A stretch of DNA of 64,000 bases, from positions 2,880,001-2,944,000 of the forward strand of contig OY970192.1 in the NCBI GenBank assembly GCA_963708135.1, given 5' to 3'. A program made the translations under genes and the position numbers. Below are positions 63,945-64,000 of the stretch, one piece after another; the first letter of the stretch is position 1, and the number at the start of each line of letters is the position of its first letter. The DNA is from an uncultured Gemmatimonadales bacterium. GTDB lineage: Bacteria; Gemmatimonadota; Gemmatimonadetes; Longimicrobiales; RSA9. Under the pieces are notes generated by a model. It did not search any database, was not told the origin of the DNA, and saw only the letters and a list, made by a program, of their open reading frames with translations.

Positions 63945-64000
63945 ATGATCGAGCGACAGACGATCTGGCAGATCGACCCGACGCATACGGCGGTGGCGTT
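63945..64000 (+). CDS. yceI: YceI family protein, 5' end only
   Basis: GGAGG RBS; MIERQTIWQIDPTHTAVA matches the WxIDPxH N-terminus. Confidence 0.75.
   Translation, partial: MIERQTIWQIDPTHTAVA

Overview
Very GC-rich bacterial chromosomal segment. The gene content (SusC/SusD pair, two orphan MacB-like permeases, GWxTD-type protein, tricorn protease) suggests Gemmatimonadota; this is inference. About 45 genes are present. Main modules: argJ plus a flavin monooxygenase; aconitase A; radical SAM / SCO / CtaG; corA; a four-gene formate dehydrogenase operon whose alpha subunit is a selenoprotein (in-frame UGA at 28382-28384 plus SECIS, split in two by the ORF track); susCD; rrf2-nirK; a ROK-MFS-SIS sugar cluster; a divergent ArsR-TolC-MFP-RND-PII-like-YgaP / exported rhodanese-OsmC module (probably reactive-sulfur handling); tricorn protease with an IS630 inserted exactly in its TAG stop; and an MhqR-like MarR with two operator palindromes ahead of yceI. 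The most unusual non-coding signal is a family of at least seven intergenic 220-450 bp elements bounded by inverted (GGGRGAGT)n arrays. Two copies have tandemly amplified arms and bracket the sulfur/efflux module exactly. Four genes carry single-base frameshifts that look like assembly errors. No rRNA, tRNA or CRISPR was recognised.
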